Positions 44,639 to 54,856 of a stretch of 55,294 nucleotides of DNA are shown piece after piece; positions within the stretch are counted from its first letter, which is position 1; every line of letters begins with the position of its first letter. The DNA is from a virus (lineage: Duplodnaviria; Caudoviricetes): positions 1 to 55,294 of the IMG/VR virus record IMGVR_UViG_3300025658_000003, one strand, 5' to 3'. Under the pieces are notes generated by a model. That model ran no database searches. It was given only the letters and a program-made list of their open reading frames with translations, and was not told the DNA's origin. Both the position numbers and the translations under genes were made by a program.

Positions 44639-46024
44639 ATGGCAAAAAATAAAAAGAAACCTCTCATACTTTTGTTATCAGATGATATGAGATTACATAG
44701 TGGTATAGCCACAATGTCTAAGGAGATTGTACTTAATACATCCCACAAATATGATTTTATACAAGTCGGAGCAGCTGTTAAACACCCTGATGAGGGTAAG
44801 TTTTTCGATGTATCAGATTCAGTAAATCAAGAAGCTGGTATTGATAATGCAAATGTTAAAATAATTCCTCAAAGTGGATATGGAAACCAACAATTAATCA
44901 GAAATTTAATCTCTACTGAAAACGTAGATGCAATCCTACACTTTACAGACCCACGTTTTTGGGATTGGTTGTATGCTATGGAAGATGAGATTCGTAAACA
45001 CATCCCTATTATGTATTATAACATTTGGGATGATTTACCAGACCCACAATGGAACGCACCATTTTATGGAAGTTGTGATTTACTATTAGGTATATCTAAA
45101 CAAACCTATGGTATCAATAAAAGGGTAATGGATAAGTTTGATATGCCTATGGAAGATTGGCAAATCCAATATGTACCACATGGAGTTTCTGATAAGTTCA
45201 AACCTTTAGGTGAAACTGAAGAAGTATTGAAGATGAAAGAATCTTTAGGAATTGCTGATAAAACGTTTATACTATTTTGGAACAACCGAAATATTCGTAG
45301 GAAGAATCCAGGTGATGTGGTACTTGCCTACAAAGAGTTTTGTGATGGGTTATCAAAAGAAGAAGCTAAAGATGTAGTTTTACTGATGCATACAAATCCA
45401 GTTGATTCAAATGGTACTGATTTGCCAGAGGTAATTAAAAATATGTGTCCTGATTACGATGTATTATTTACAGGAAAAACCTTCAATACAGATGAGTTAA
45501 ACCTTATATATAATGTAGTTGATGTTACAATTAATATGGCATCTAACGAAGGGTTTGGATTAACAACATGTGAATCTGTAAATGCTGGAACACCTATAAT
45601 TGTAAACGTAACTGGTGGGATGCAAGACCAATGTAACTTTACTATTGATGGTAAGTACATTACACCCGAACAATATGTAGAAATAGGTTCACTATCCAAT
45701 AGGAAAGAATTACCACATAATTTAAGTTGGGGTAGTTGGGTAAATCCAATATGGCCAACTAATCGTTCACTACAAGGTTCTCCAGCAACACCATACATAT
45801 TTGATGACAGATGTTCTTTTGAAGATGCAGCTAAATCAATTAGACAGTGGTATGATACAGAACCACAACGTAGAAAAGAATGTGGAATGGAAGGTTCAGA
45901 GTGGATGAAAGGAAATGAAAGTAATATGACATCTAAGCGTATGGGTAATAGATTTATCGAATGTATTGATAGTTGTTTTAATAATTGGAAACCAAAAAAT
46001 GAGTTAGTATTATGGAAGATATAA
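44639..46024 (+). CDS. GT-B (GT4-like) glycosyltransferase
   Basis: SGIATMS, VPHG, NRNIRRK, NEGFGLTTCES..AGTP. Confidence 0.88.
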   Translation: MAKNKKKPLILLLSDDMRLHSGIATMSKEIVLNTSHKYDFIQVGAAVKHPDEGKFFDVSDSVNQEAGIDNANVKIIPQSGYGNQQLIRNLISTENVDAILHFTDPRFWDWLYAMEDEIRKHIPIMYYNIWDDLPDPQWNAPFYGSCDLLLGISKQTYGINKRVMDKFDMPMEDWQIQYVPHGVSDKFKPLGETEEVLKMKESLGIADKTFILFWNNRNIRRKNPGDVVLAYKEFCDGLSKEEAKDVVLLMHTNPVDSNGTDLPEVIKNMCPDYDVLFTGKTFNTDELNLIYNVVDVTINMASNEGFGLTTCESVNAGTPIIVNVTGGMQDQCNFTIDGKYITPEQYVEIGSLSNRKELPHNLSWGSWVNPIWPTNRSLQGSPATPYIFDDRCSFEDAAKSIRQWYDTEPQRRKECGMEGSEWMKGNESNMTSKRMGNRFIECIDSCFNNWKPKNELVLWKI

Positions 46025-47340
46025 AAAAGTTTTGTGTAGTTAGTTGCCCAATATCCACTAGGAGTGGTTATGGCGCTAGAAGTAGAGATTTCGTTAGAGC
46101 GTTAATTGAAGCTAGGCCTGATTGGGATGTAAAAATACTATCTCAACGTTGGGGGAATACTCCAATGGATGCGTTAGTAGTTGGAGTTGATGATGATTTA
46201 CTAAGTAGAATTGTTGTAGAAAAAACTGAAACAAAACCAAACGTTTGGATTCAGATTACAGTTCCGAATGAATTTCAACCTGTAGGTGATTATAACATTG
46301 GTGTAACTGCTGGTGTTGAAACTACTATTATGCCTCCTGAGTGTTTAGAGGGTATGAATCGTATGGATAAGGTTTTAATCTCATCCGAATTCGGTAAAGA
46401 AGTTTCATTGAAAAGTGTATATGATAAGAAGGAAGAGAAAACAGATAAACTTATTAGTAAGTTACAGTTAACAACTCCAATTGAAGTATTATTCGAAGGT
46501 ATAAACTTAGATGTATATGATAACAAAAAACCACCAGAGCCTCGAATTGATAAAATACTAGAAGATGTGAAAGAATCATTTTGTTTCTTATTTGTAGGAC
46601 ATTGGTTAAAGGGTAACTTTGAGCAGGATAGAAAGAATGTGGGTGGAATGATTAGAGTGTTTTTAGAAGCATTTAAAGGTAAGAAAAACCCACCAGCATT
46701 GATTTTAAAAACTAACAAAGGTAGTAGTTCATTAACAGATAGAGTTTATACTAGAAAAATGATACAAGCTATTAAAGATTCAGTAGATAGTAATAGATTA
46801 CCAAATATTTATCTACTAAACTCAGATTTAACTGATGCAGAAGTAAACGCATTATATAATCACTCAAAGGTAAAAGCTCATTTATCATTTACGAGAGGTG
46901 AGGGATTTGGTAGACCTTTATTGGAAGCTACAATTAGTGGTAAACCAATGGTTGTATCAGCTTGGAGTGGGCATGTTGATTTCTTAAATAAAGATATGAT
47001 TAATCTAATTCAAGGTGGATTAACAAAAGTACACCCATCTGCAGCAGATGAAAAGTTCTTATTAAAAGAAGCAAGTTGGTTTCAAATAGATTATTCGATA
47101 GCTGGTGGTACTATGAAGGATATTGTATCTAATTATAAACCATACTTAGAGAAATCTCGTAAACATAGACAATATACCAAAGATAACTTTACGTTTGAAC
47201 ATATGCGTGAACTATTAAGTAATTATCTGAAAGAGGCTGATGATGCTAAGGTATCACCAAAACAGGTTGGATTACAATTACCTAAGTTAAAAAAGAAAAC
47301 TCAAAGTATAGAGTTACCTAAATTAAAGAAAGTTAAATAG
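46012..47340 (+). CDS. GT-B glycosyltransferase
   Basis: SGYG, DRKN, GEGFGRPLLEA, WSGHVDF. Confidence 0.88.
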   Translation: MEDIKKFCVVSCPISTRSGYGARSRDFVRALIEARPDWDVKILSQRWGNTPMDALVVGVDDDLLSRIVVEKTETKPNVWIQITVPNEFQPVGDYNIGVTAGVETTIMPPECLEGMNRMDKVLISSEFGKEVSLKSVYDKKEEKTDKLISKLQLTTPIEVLFEGINLDVYDNKKPPEPRIDKILEDVKESFCFLFVGHWLKGNFEQDRKNVGGMIRVFLEAFKGKKNPPALILKTNKGSSSLTDRVYTRKMIQAIKDSVDSNRLPNIYLLNSDLTDAEVNALYNHSKVKAHLSFTRGEGFGRPLLEATISGKPMVVSAWSGHVDFLNKDMINLIQGGLTKVHPSAADEKFLLKEASWFQIDYSIAGGTMKDIVSNYKPYLEKSRKHRQYTKDNFTFEHMRELLSNYLKEADDAKVSPKQVGLQLPKLKKKTQSIELPKLKKVK

Positions 47341-47852
47341 TGGCATTTTACAATACACATCTAAGAAAAACATCAGACCCTACTCCAATTACGAAAAGTA
47401 AAATGGAGAGGGGTATGGTGGTTAAAGTAAAATATAAAGCACAAGGTAAAACACCTAAATTGTATTTGATATTGGTTCTTCAACCAAAATGGCCAAATTC
47501 AACCGAAGGTAAATTACATGGGTTATCATTAGATAACATACCACCACAAAAGTTTTTAGAGTTTGCAAAAGTGTACAAAGAAGTAATTTCTGAATCATCA
47601 AAGGTAAAGAAATTAGATTTAGCTAAGATTCAAATTACTGAAGCTTCTAAAGTATTTTATACATCAGAAATTAAAACATCTAAACAATTAAAAAGTTCAT
47701 ACAGAACATTCAATCTATTAGATATACAATCTATTCAATCAGTTAATTATGATTGGGGTAAATTTGATAAAGTAGCAGCTAGGGATGAGAGAAGAAAGCA
47801 GTTGGAAGAGGAAGCTAAGGAACGTAGAGATAATAACGATGTAACTAACTGA
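47340..47852 (+). CDS. Hypothetical protein (weak resemblance to gp2-like DNA end protectors)
   Basis: GTG start; LHGLSLDNIPP and SYRTF motifs. Confidence 0.5.
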   Translation: MAFYNTHLRKTSDPTPITKSKMERGMVVKVKYKAQGKTPKLYLILVLQPKWPNSTEGKLHGLSLDNIPPQKFLEFAKVYKEVISESSKVKKLDLAKIQITEASKVFYTSEIKTSKQLKSSYRTFNLLDIQSIQSVNYDWGKFDKVAARDERRKQLEEEAKERRDNNDVTN

Positions 47853-47877
47853 TAATCAACCAGTTGCTATGATAGTG
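47842..47877. repeat. Second copy of the palindromic IHF-like element
   Basis: taactaactgataatcaaccagttg followed by ctatgatagtg; aatcaaccagttg (47854-47866) fits WATCAANNNNTTR. Confidence 0.55.
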
Positions 47878-47928
47878 GGGGCAAATCACCAATAGTTATA
47901 ACTTTTAGTGAAAATAATCTCTATAATG

Positions 47929-47960
47929 TTTGTTTTTTAGAACATTTTTTTGTATATTAG
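47929..47960 (+). promoter_or_regulatory. Promoter TTTG-N20-TATATTAG
   Basis: Same motif and spacer. Confidence 0.7.
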
Positions 47961-47978
47961 TATCAATAATAAAACATT

Positions 47979-48605
47979 ATGAAAATAAGTTACGCTATAA
48001 CAGTATGTAATGAGTTTGTAGAAATACAAAAACTCATACCATTTCTTTTAGAACATAAAAGACATGAAGATGAAATCGTAGTTCTATACGATTCTAAAAA
48101 TGGTTCTAAATCCATAGAACAATACCTAAGAGCTAAATCCGTAAATGGTGAGTTTAGTTGGCATAAAGGAGAGTTCGATGGACACTTTGCTAATTGGAAA
48201 AACAAACTTACGGATTTATGTAGTGGTGATTGGATATTCCAAATCGATGCAGATGAGATTCCAAATGAGATACTTATAGAGAATTTACATGATATCTTAA
48301 CGAAGAACACTACAGTCGTTGATGTTGTATTAGTTCCAAGAGTAAATACAGTTGAAGGATTAACTGATGAACATATCAAAAAGTGGGGATGGAATGTAGA
48401 TGATAAAGGTTGGGTTAATTGGCCTGATTTTCAATATAGATTATATAAGAAATCACCAACCATCAGATGGAAGAATAATGTGCATGAGGTATTAGAAGGA
48501 TTCAATACAATATCACATCTACCAATAGATGAGGATTTATCACTATATCATCCAAAAGAAATTAAAAGACAAGAACAACAAAACAAATATTACGATACAT
48601 TATGA
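47979..48605 (+). CDS. GT2-like glycosyltransferase
   Basis: ISYAITVCNE, WIFQIDADE, WPDFQYRL, VHE. Confidence 0.85.
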   Translation: MKISYAITVCNEFVEIQKLIPFLLEHKRHEDEIVVLYDSKNGSKSIEQYLRAKSVNGEFSWHKGEFDGHFANWKNKLTDLCSGDWIFQIDADEIPNEILIENLHDILTKNTTVVDVVLVPRVNTVEGLTDEHIKKWGWNVDDKGWVNWPDFQYRLYKKSPTIRWKNNVHEVLEGFNTISHLPIDEDLSLYHPKEIKRQEQQNKYYDTL

Positions 48606-49666
48606 AAAAAACAGCATTAGTATTAGGTGGTGGTGGTTTCATCGGAGGCCACTTAGCAAAAAGATTAAAAGAAGATGGATATTGGGTAAGGGTTGTTGAT
48701 ATCAAATCAGAACATGAGTTTTGGAAACATACCGATATGTGTGATGATTATGTATCTGGTGATTTAAGAGACCCTCAAATAGTATCTAATGTTTTTAGAT
48801 TAGAACACCATAATGATATTATTCAACCATATTCATTCCATAAGCAACCATTTACTGAGATATCATCATTTGATGAGGTTTATCAATTAGCAGCAGATAT
48901 GGGTGGAGCTGGTTATATATTTACTGGAGATAATGATGCTAACATAATGCACAATTCAGCATTAGTAAACTTAAATACAGTGCTAGAAGCAAGTAATACT
49001 AAAGTTGGTAGAATATTCTACTCATCTTCAGCTTGTATGTATCCTGAAAGAAATCAATTAGATGCAGATAACCCAAATTGTGAAGAATCATCAGCATATC
49101 CTGCGAATCCTGATTCAGAGTATGGTTGGGAAAAGTTATTTAGTGAAAGATTATTCTTATCGTTTATGAGAAACTATGGATTAGATGTAAGGGTAGCTAG
49201 ATTTCATAATATATTCGGACCTATGGGAACTTGGGATGGTGGTAAAGAAAAAGCACCAGCGGCTATGTGTAGAAAAGTAGCACAATCTGATGATATGGTA
49301 GAAGTATGGGGTGATGGATTACAGACACGTTCATTTCTATATATAGATGATTGTGTTGAAGCTATGTTACGATTTATGAGGCAAGATGAATTCGTTGGAC
49401 CTGTAAACATTGGTTCTGAAGAAAAAGTTACTATTAATCAATTAGCTCAAATGGCTATTGATATATCTAAAAAAGATGTTAAACTATACAATATAGATGG
49501 TGATGATTTCATAGATGAATACGGATTCCCATGTCCAGTTGGTGTAAGAGGTAGAAATTCTGATAATAAACTTTACAAAGAAAAGATGGGGTGGGAAGTT
49601 TCAATGCCATTAATAGATGGTATGAAGAAAACATACGAATGGATTAACAAACAAGCAAATGGGTAA
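48602..49666 (+). CDS. NAD-dependent epimerase, GDP-mannose 3',5'-epimerase-like
   Basis: GGGGFIG, LAADMGG, SSSACMYPE, YGWEK, KEKAPAAMCRK, GVRGRNSDN. Confidence 0.88.
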   Translation: MKKTALVLGGGGFIGGHLAKRLKEDGYWVRVVDIKSEHEFWKHTDMCDDYVSGDLRDPQIVSNVFRLEHHNDIIQPYSFHKQPFTEISSFDEVYQLAADMGGAGYIFTGDNDANIMHNSALVNLNTVLEASNTKVGRIFYSSSACMYPERNQLDADNPNCEESSAYPANPDSEYGWEKLFSERLFLSFMRNYGLDVRVARFHNIFGPMGTWDGGKEKAPAAMCRKVAQSDDMVEVWGDGLQTRSFLYIDDCVEAMLRFMRQDEFVGPVNIGSEEKVTINQLAQMAIDISKKDVKLYNIDGDDFIDEYGFPCPVGVRGRNSDNKLYKEKMGWEVSMPLIDGMKKTYEWINKQANG

Positions 49667-50423
49667 GAAAACACTACTATTCACAACCATTGGTAAAATG
49701 AGTGAGGAATCTCATAGAATCTCTACAGAAGCATTCTCTTCTTGGAAGGGGTTCGATGTGGTGGTTTTTGGTGAAGAATTTCACGAATCATTATGTGAAG
49801 AGTATGGGTTCACATTAGATACGGATTATGAACGTAGTGAATTTGGGTTACCAATAGTTAGAGGGTTGTTTAAAGCGGCTGAGAGATATACTGGTTATGA
49901 TGTATATTGTTACTTAAATGCAGATATTAAATTTCCATCATCACCACAATACATAATTGATTTAATAGAAGATGATAACTTTCTATTAGTTGGGCAGAGA
50001 ATGGATACATATCCTGATGAGCGTGTTGATAAGTTACACGTAGCTGGTGGTATTGATTACTTCTTTTATACTCCTAATTTTTGGGATTTGAGTAAAATGC
50101 CGGATTTTAATAAAGCTAGGGGTAGATACGACCACTGGTTGATGGGGAATGCATATACAAATGGGAATGGGAATGTGATTGATTTAACAAATGAATGGAT
50201 ACCAATACACCAAGACCCAAAAGTAAGAACCGATGGTAATTTTGTGAATCTATTTAATTCAGGTACTCATTTGAGTAGAGCATACCAGACATTTAGAAAT
50301 AACTATTACTTTGCAAAAGCACGATTGCATGGGCAAACTGATATGGCTAAGTTCTATGTTGAAGATGGTATGGTTAAACAAAGAGTGAATGAAGTAAAAA
50401 ATGAGTTTGGTATAATATTTTAA
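49659..50423 (+). CDS. Putative GT-A glycosyltransferase-like protein
   Basis: GLPIV, YLNADI, GIDYF, GRYDHWL; cluster context. Confidence 0.55.
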   Translation: MGKKTLLFTTIGKMSEESHRISTEAFSSWKGFDVVVFGEEFHESLCEEYGFTLDTDYERSEFGLPIVRGLFKAAERYTGYDVYCYLNADIKFPSSPQYIIDLIEDDNFLLVGQRMDTYPDERVDKLHVAGGIDYFFYTPNFWDLSKMPDFNKARGRYDHWLMGNAYTNGNGNVIDLTNEWIPIHQDPKVRTDGNFVNLFNSGTHLSRAYQTFRNNYYFAKARLHGQTDMAKFYVEDGMVKQRVNEVKNEFGIIF

Positions 50424-50434
50424 TAACTAAAAAT

Positions 50435-51514
50435 ATGAATAACGATTTAAAAGTACTTTATATAAAACAAGCATATGATTCAACAGGACCATTCCAATCA
50501 TATGGGTGGGATGATGATATAACTCCATTAGATATGTTAAATGAGTTTTATGGTAAAACTTATCAATTTGAAACACTATTATATTATAAATGTGATTTTA
50601 TAATAATCCCATCTTCGGTAGTTTCACCTTGGTTACGAACTAAATTATCAATAGATGGTTATAAAGAACATATTGAACAGAACGTAAAAGTAGTAATAGA
50701 CCCCAAGCAAATCGATTATAGTAAGTATGATGTGGTTATAACTCATGACCCTATTCTACATCCACATATAATTGAATTAAAAAATCAGTATAAAAATACA
50801 TTATTTACTTATATAATAGCAGAACATACCAGTTGGCAAATGCATCAGCATGGGTTTGAATATGATTTATGGTTAGACCACACATTAAATTCAGTATGGG
50901 ATATTAGTAGATTACCACAAGCTATAAATTATATATTCCCAAGAACACCTGAGTTAGTACAATCTATGTTTAACGAAGAAAAAGAATCGATATTCATTGA
51001 TTATAGAAGTTACAGCCACTTTACATCAGCTGGTATTGGTGAATTGAATATGAATCACATCAATGAGTTTAATAAAAACTTTAATTTATCATTTCTTGAA
51101 TATGCAGATATACCAATAGAACTCATAAGTGAAACATCTCTAAAACCATATATGTTCGCAACTAACTCAGATGATTCAAATGAATACTATAAAAAATTGA
51201 ATCGTTCTAAATATTTTGTAACAATAGCAAATAGGGTTGGGCAAGCGGCATGTGATGCAGCTTCGATGGGGTGTTTAGTAATAGGTAATTCACAATCAAA
51301 GATTCATAAGCTCATATGTCATCCAGATTGTTTGATGGATGGTGATTTTACATATAAGGATGTTTTACAATTAATTGAAAAAATAGAATTAGATTCTGAT
51401 TACTATGATATGTTACTCTTAAATCAATCTAAGAATTTACAAAAGTATGGTGTAGATTATGATATGGATATGTTTAAAAAAGCAGTTGAACTAAAACGAA
51501 AGAACAATGAATAA
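50435..51514 (+). CDS. Putative GT-B-like protein
   Basis: YYKKLNRSKYF...GQAACDAASMGCLVI; cluster context. Confidence 0.5.
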   Translation: MNNDLKVLYIKQAYDSTGPFQSYGWDDDITPLDMLNEFYGKTYQFETLLYYKCDFIIIPSSVVSPWLRTKLSIDGYKEHIEQNVKVVIDPKQIDYSKYDVVITHDPILHPHIIELKNQYKNTLFTYIIAEHTSWQMHQHGFEYDLWLDHTLNSVWDISRLPQAINYIFPRTPELVQSMFNEEKESIFIDYRSYSHFTSAGIGELNMNHINEFNKNFNLSFLEYADIPIELISETSLKPYMFATNSDDSNEYYKKLNRSKYFVTIANRVGQAACDAASMGCLVIGNSQSKIHKLICHPDCLMDGDFTYKDVLQLIEKIELDSDYYDMLLLNQSKNLQKYGVDYDMDMFKKAVELKRKNNE

Positions 51515-52169
51515 AGTATTATTTACAAGTTACCTTTGTGATAAAGAAGATGTATTACTTCAGGAAATATTAAATGAGTGGAGAACACTTAATCCTGGTT
51601 ATGAAGTATTATACTTTTCAGATTCAGATGTAAACGAATTCTTCAAAGATACTCCACAATATAAAACATATAGTAAAATGAAAAATGGAGTAGCTATAGC
51701 AGATTTCTTTAGAATATGTTACATAAATAAATTTGGTGGATATTGGTTTGATTTAGATGTACAGCCAATCAGTTTAAATCTTCCCGAAAGTGGTGATGTA
51801 CATTTATTCGATGCTGGGTTCGGAAATATTAGTTATATGTTTATCGGTGGTAATCCAAATCAAAAACTATTCAATGAGGTAATTGGTATAGTAGAAAAAA
51901 ACATCAACGATAATATTCCAATCAAAAAAGGACATGTTATTGATATTACAGGCCCGAGAGTAATCCAAAACATAATTTGTGGGATGTTTGGTGTTAGAAA
52001 CCAAGATGGGTGGTTAATCGGTGATATGCACCCAAGAATTGGTTTTGAAGGCGAAGCTTATGAATTTGTTTATACAAAAGTACCATTTCCAAAATTAAAA
52101 ACAGATAAATACCAAAAATTACAACAAAAATATAAACGTGAAAATTATCAAGTTTATAACTATATTTAA
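51507..52169 (+). CDS. GT32-like DxD glycosyltransferase
   Basis: WRTLNPGY, ADFFRICYINKFGGYWFDLD, ITGP. Confidence 0.85.
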   Translation: MNKVLFTSYLCDKEDVLLQEILNEWRTLNPGYEVLYFSDSDVNEFFKDTPQYKTYSKMKNGVAIADFFRICYINKFGGYWFDLDVQPISLNLPESGDVHLFDAGFGNISYMFIGGNPNQKLFNEVIGIVEKNINDNIPIKKGHVIDITGPRVIQNIICGMFGVRNQDGWLIGDMHPRIGFEGEAYEFVYTKVPFPKLKTDKYQKLQQKYKRENYQVYNYI

Positions 52170-52174
52170 GAATT

Positions 52175-53383
52175 ATGATAAGTAAAAAAGATATAAGTTT
52201 CATTCAACCGAGTAGAAACAATTTAAAATACCTAAAGTGGTCTTACGATTCAATCAGAAAGAATGGTGGGCCCGAACCAACAATATGTGTTGCTGATGAT
52301 TTCAGTAATGATGGAACTTGGGAATGGTGTGAGGATATGATGGTAAAAGACCCAAACTTCAAAGCAATCAGAAACGAAGGACCTAAGAGATTAGGACATA
52401 CGATTCTATACGATGAGTTGGTTGAAATAGCAGATACTCCGATTGTAGGGATATATCATGCTGATATGTATCTTATGCCTGGCGCATTGGATTTTGTAGT
52501 AAAACATATAGCACCTCTAAGTGTGGTATCATTAACTAGAATAGAACCACCATTACATCCCGATGGGCCTGAGAAAATGTTGAAAGATTTTGGAATCGAA
52601 CCTGAAGAGTTCAAAGAAGAAGAATTGTTAGATTGGTTCAAAGATGTACAAATGCATCAAGCAACTAAATTAACTGAAGGTATCTTTGCTCCTTGGTTTA
52701 TGTTCAAAGAAGATTTTACATCAATCAATGGGCATGACCCGTTATTCGCACCACAATCAAAAGAAGATACAGATATCTTTAATAGATTCCATTTAAACGG
52801 ATATAAGTTTATTCAAACTTGGGGTGGTTGTGTATATCATATGACTTGTAGAGGTAGTAGATTTGCCGATGGAGCACAAAGAAATCCAAATGGTGAAGTG
52901 TTTATGAAGAATAGAGAAACTGATGAGTGGTTAACTCAGAATCAGCGTTCAACTCGTAACTTTCTTAGGAAGTGGGGACATATGTGTAAACATGATTCAT
53001 TGATGAAACCAATCGTACCACCAAAATACAACATTCAGTTTATAATAGAGAATGGGAATGCTCAATTATTAGAATTATTAGAACCTTGGTGTGATAATAT
53101 TAATATATCTATTCCACAAACTGAAATCGATGAATATATCAAAAAAGAACAACCTGATACTAAAATAGATTTGAAGGAAAGAATCAATCAAAATGTATCA
53201 AATGATATACAAATTGTATTCGATGGAAATAAATTTACACAAAATTCTTTCAATATAATTCAACAGATGTCTGCTATACTTGAGTCTAATGAAATTGAGA
53301 GAGGTGAGTTTGAATTGGATATATTCAGTATAAAAGTGAATAGTACAAAAACATACACTCATCAATTGATTTATAGAAAATAG
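52175..53383 (+). CDS. GT2 glycosyltransferase
   Basis: ADDFSNDGT, HADM, GHDPLF...EDTD, YHMTCRG. Confidence 0.85.
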   Translation: MISKKDISFIQPSRNNLKYLKWSYDSIRKNGGPEPTICVADDFSNDGTWEWCEDMMVKDPNFKAIRNEGPKRLGHTILYDELVEIADTPIVGIYHADMYLMPGALDFVVKHIAPLSVVSLTRIEPPLHPDGPEKMLKDFGIEPEEFKEEELLDWFKDVQMHQATKLTEGIFAPWFMFKEDFTSINGHDPLFAPQSKEDTDIFNRFHLNGYKFIQTWGGCVYHMTCRGSRFADGAQRNPNGEVFMKNRETDEWLTQNQRSTRNFLRKWGHMCKHDSLMKPIVPPKYNIQFIIENGNAQLLELLEPWCDNINISIPQTEIDEYIKKEQPDTKIDLKERINQNVSNDIQIVFDGNKFTQNSFNIIQQMSAILESNEIERGEFELDIFSIKVNSTKTYTHQLIYRK

Positions 53384-53399
53384 TATAGTTATATTCACT

Positions 53400-53639
53400 A
53401 TGATGTATTATATATTACTTCCTGATGACACCGAAGAGGGTGTACAATATTCAACAAATGTGTTAGGTGAATCCTCATTTAAAAACTTTTGGGCAGAACA
53501 AGGGTTTGAGATTTTAGAGAGATTAATAAACAAATATCCTGATACTTTAAATGAAGTAAAAATCAAAGATGAGAAATCAAAAGAATATACAGTAGAAGAA
53601 TTTCTTAAAAATATTGGAAAGTTAAACATAATTAAGTAA
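53400..53639 (+). CDS. Hypothetical protein
   Basis: 79-aa ORF in line with neighbouring genes. Confidence 0.65.
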   Translation: MMYYILLPDDTEEGVQYSTNVLGESSFKNFWAEQGFEILERLINKYPDTLNEVKIKDEKSKEYTVEEFLKNIGKLNIIK

Positions 53640-53647
53640 GGTAGCAA

Positions 53648-53872
53648 ATGAAAGTGGATATAAACACTTGGGATTCCTATGAGGATTTAGATGATATGTA
53701 CGATGAGATGAGACGTACAGAGTATAGTAGAAATAAAAAACAAAAGCGTGAAAAACAAAAACAGAACAAAGATGAAGAAAACCTTCAACAATCACAGAGG
53801 TTGCCTGCCGGTTGGAGAGAGGGTGATAGTCATATCGGAAAATCAAAAAAAGCAAGAAATTACGGTAACTGA
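53648..53872 (+). CDS. Hypothetical charged protein
   Basis: 74-aa ORF with an acidic then basic composition. Confidence 0.5.
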   Translation: MKVDINTWDSYEDLDDMYDEMRRTEYSRNKKQKREKQKQNKDEENLQQSQRLPAGWREGDSHIGKSKKARNYGN

Positions 53873-53924
53873 CCCATTCGGTACAGAGTGGATAGTACCA
53901 AAAGAGTTTGTTTTTGAAACTTAG
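53772..53924 (+). CDS. Possible 50-aa beta-rich protein overlapping the previous ORF (not in ORF track)
   Basis: MKKTFNNHRGCLPVGERVIVISEN...VTDPFGTEWIVPKEFV. Confidence 0.45.
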   Translation: MKKTFNNHRGCLPVGERVIVISENQKKQEITVTDPFGTEWIVPKEFVFET

Positions 53925-53954
53925 ATATACTTATTTTAAAACAGGAGAAACACA

Positions 53955-54836
53955 ATGTTATTAAAAGTAGGTTCAAGAGGAAAAGAAGTTAAGTTATTAC
54001 AGGAATTCTTAGAAGTAGGAGCAGATGGTATATTTGGTAAAGGAACTGAATTCGCAGTTAAAGAATTTCAAAAAATCAACGGCCTTACTGTTGATGGTCT
54101 TGTGGGTACTTCCACTTGGGATGCTATGGGTCTGGCTAGTACTGATGATTCTGAAAAAACGTATGAAACAGAAAACGGACTCATAATCAATAGACACTTC
54201 CTACCTGAAGGTGAGTATAAAAGTGGTATTACCAAAAAAGAATATTGTTTTTTACATCATACAGCAGGTTGGCAGAATCCTTACAGAACTGTAGACCATT
54301 GGGGTAGAGATAGTAGAGGTGCAGTAGCAACTGAATTCGTATTAGGTGGACAATCAATCAAAGGAAACGATGAAACTCACGATGGTGTTATGGTTCAAGC
54401 ATTTCCTGAAGGACATTATGGATGGCACTTAGGTAAGAATGGTTCTCAACACATGCATACACATTCAGTTGGTATCGAAGTAAACAACTTTGGATACTTA
54501 AAGAATGGAAAAACTTACGCTGGTACTACAGCACATGAATCACAAATCGTTACATTAGATAAACCATTCAGAGGATTCAAACACTGGCACAGGTATTCTG
54601 ATAAACAAATCGAAGCATTACGTTTATGGATACTTTATATAGCAGATAGAGATGGAATTGATGTAAGAAAAGGTTTAGTTGAAGAAATTAAAGCTAAAGG
54701 TGCAGATGGTTTCGAATTCAACGAAGATGCTTATTATGGTAGAGTAAAGGGTATGTGGACACACACAAATACTCGTAAAGATAAATTTGATATGTTCCCA
54801 CAAGCTGAATTATTGGATATGTTAGTAAGTTTATAA
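53955..54836 (+). CDS. Endolysin: peptidoglycan-binding domain plus N-acetylmuramoyl-L-alanine amidase
   Basis: DGIFGKGT...FQKINGLTVDGLVG; LHHTAG, SVGIEV, THTNTRKDKFD. Confidence 0.9.
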   Translation: MLLKVGSRGKEVKLLQEFLEVGADGIFGKGTEFAVKEFQKINGLTVDGLVGTSTWDAMGLASTDDSEKTYETENGLIINRHFLPEGEYKSGITKKEYCFLHHTAGWQNPYRTVDHWGRDSRGAVATEFVLGGQSIKGNDETHDGVMVQAFPEGHYGWHLGKNGSQHMHTHSVGIEVNNFGYLKNGKTYAGTTAHESQIVTLDKPFRGFKHWHRYSDKQIEALRLWILYIADRDGIDVRKGLVEEIKAKGADGFEFNEDAYYGRVKGMWTHTNTRKDKFDMFPQAELLDMLVSL

Positions 54837-54856
54837 TAAACTATATAGGTTGGTGT

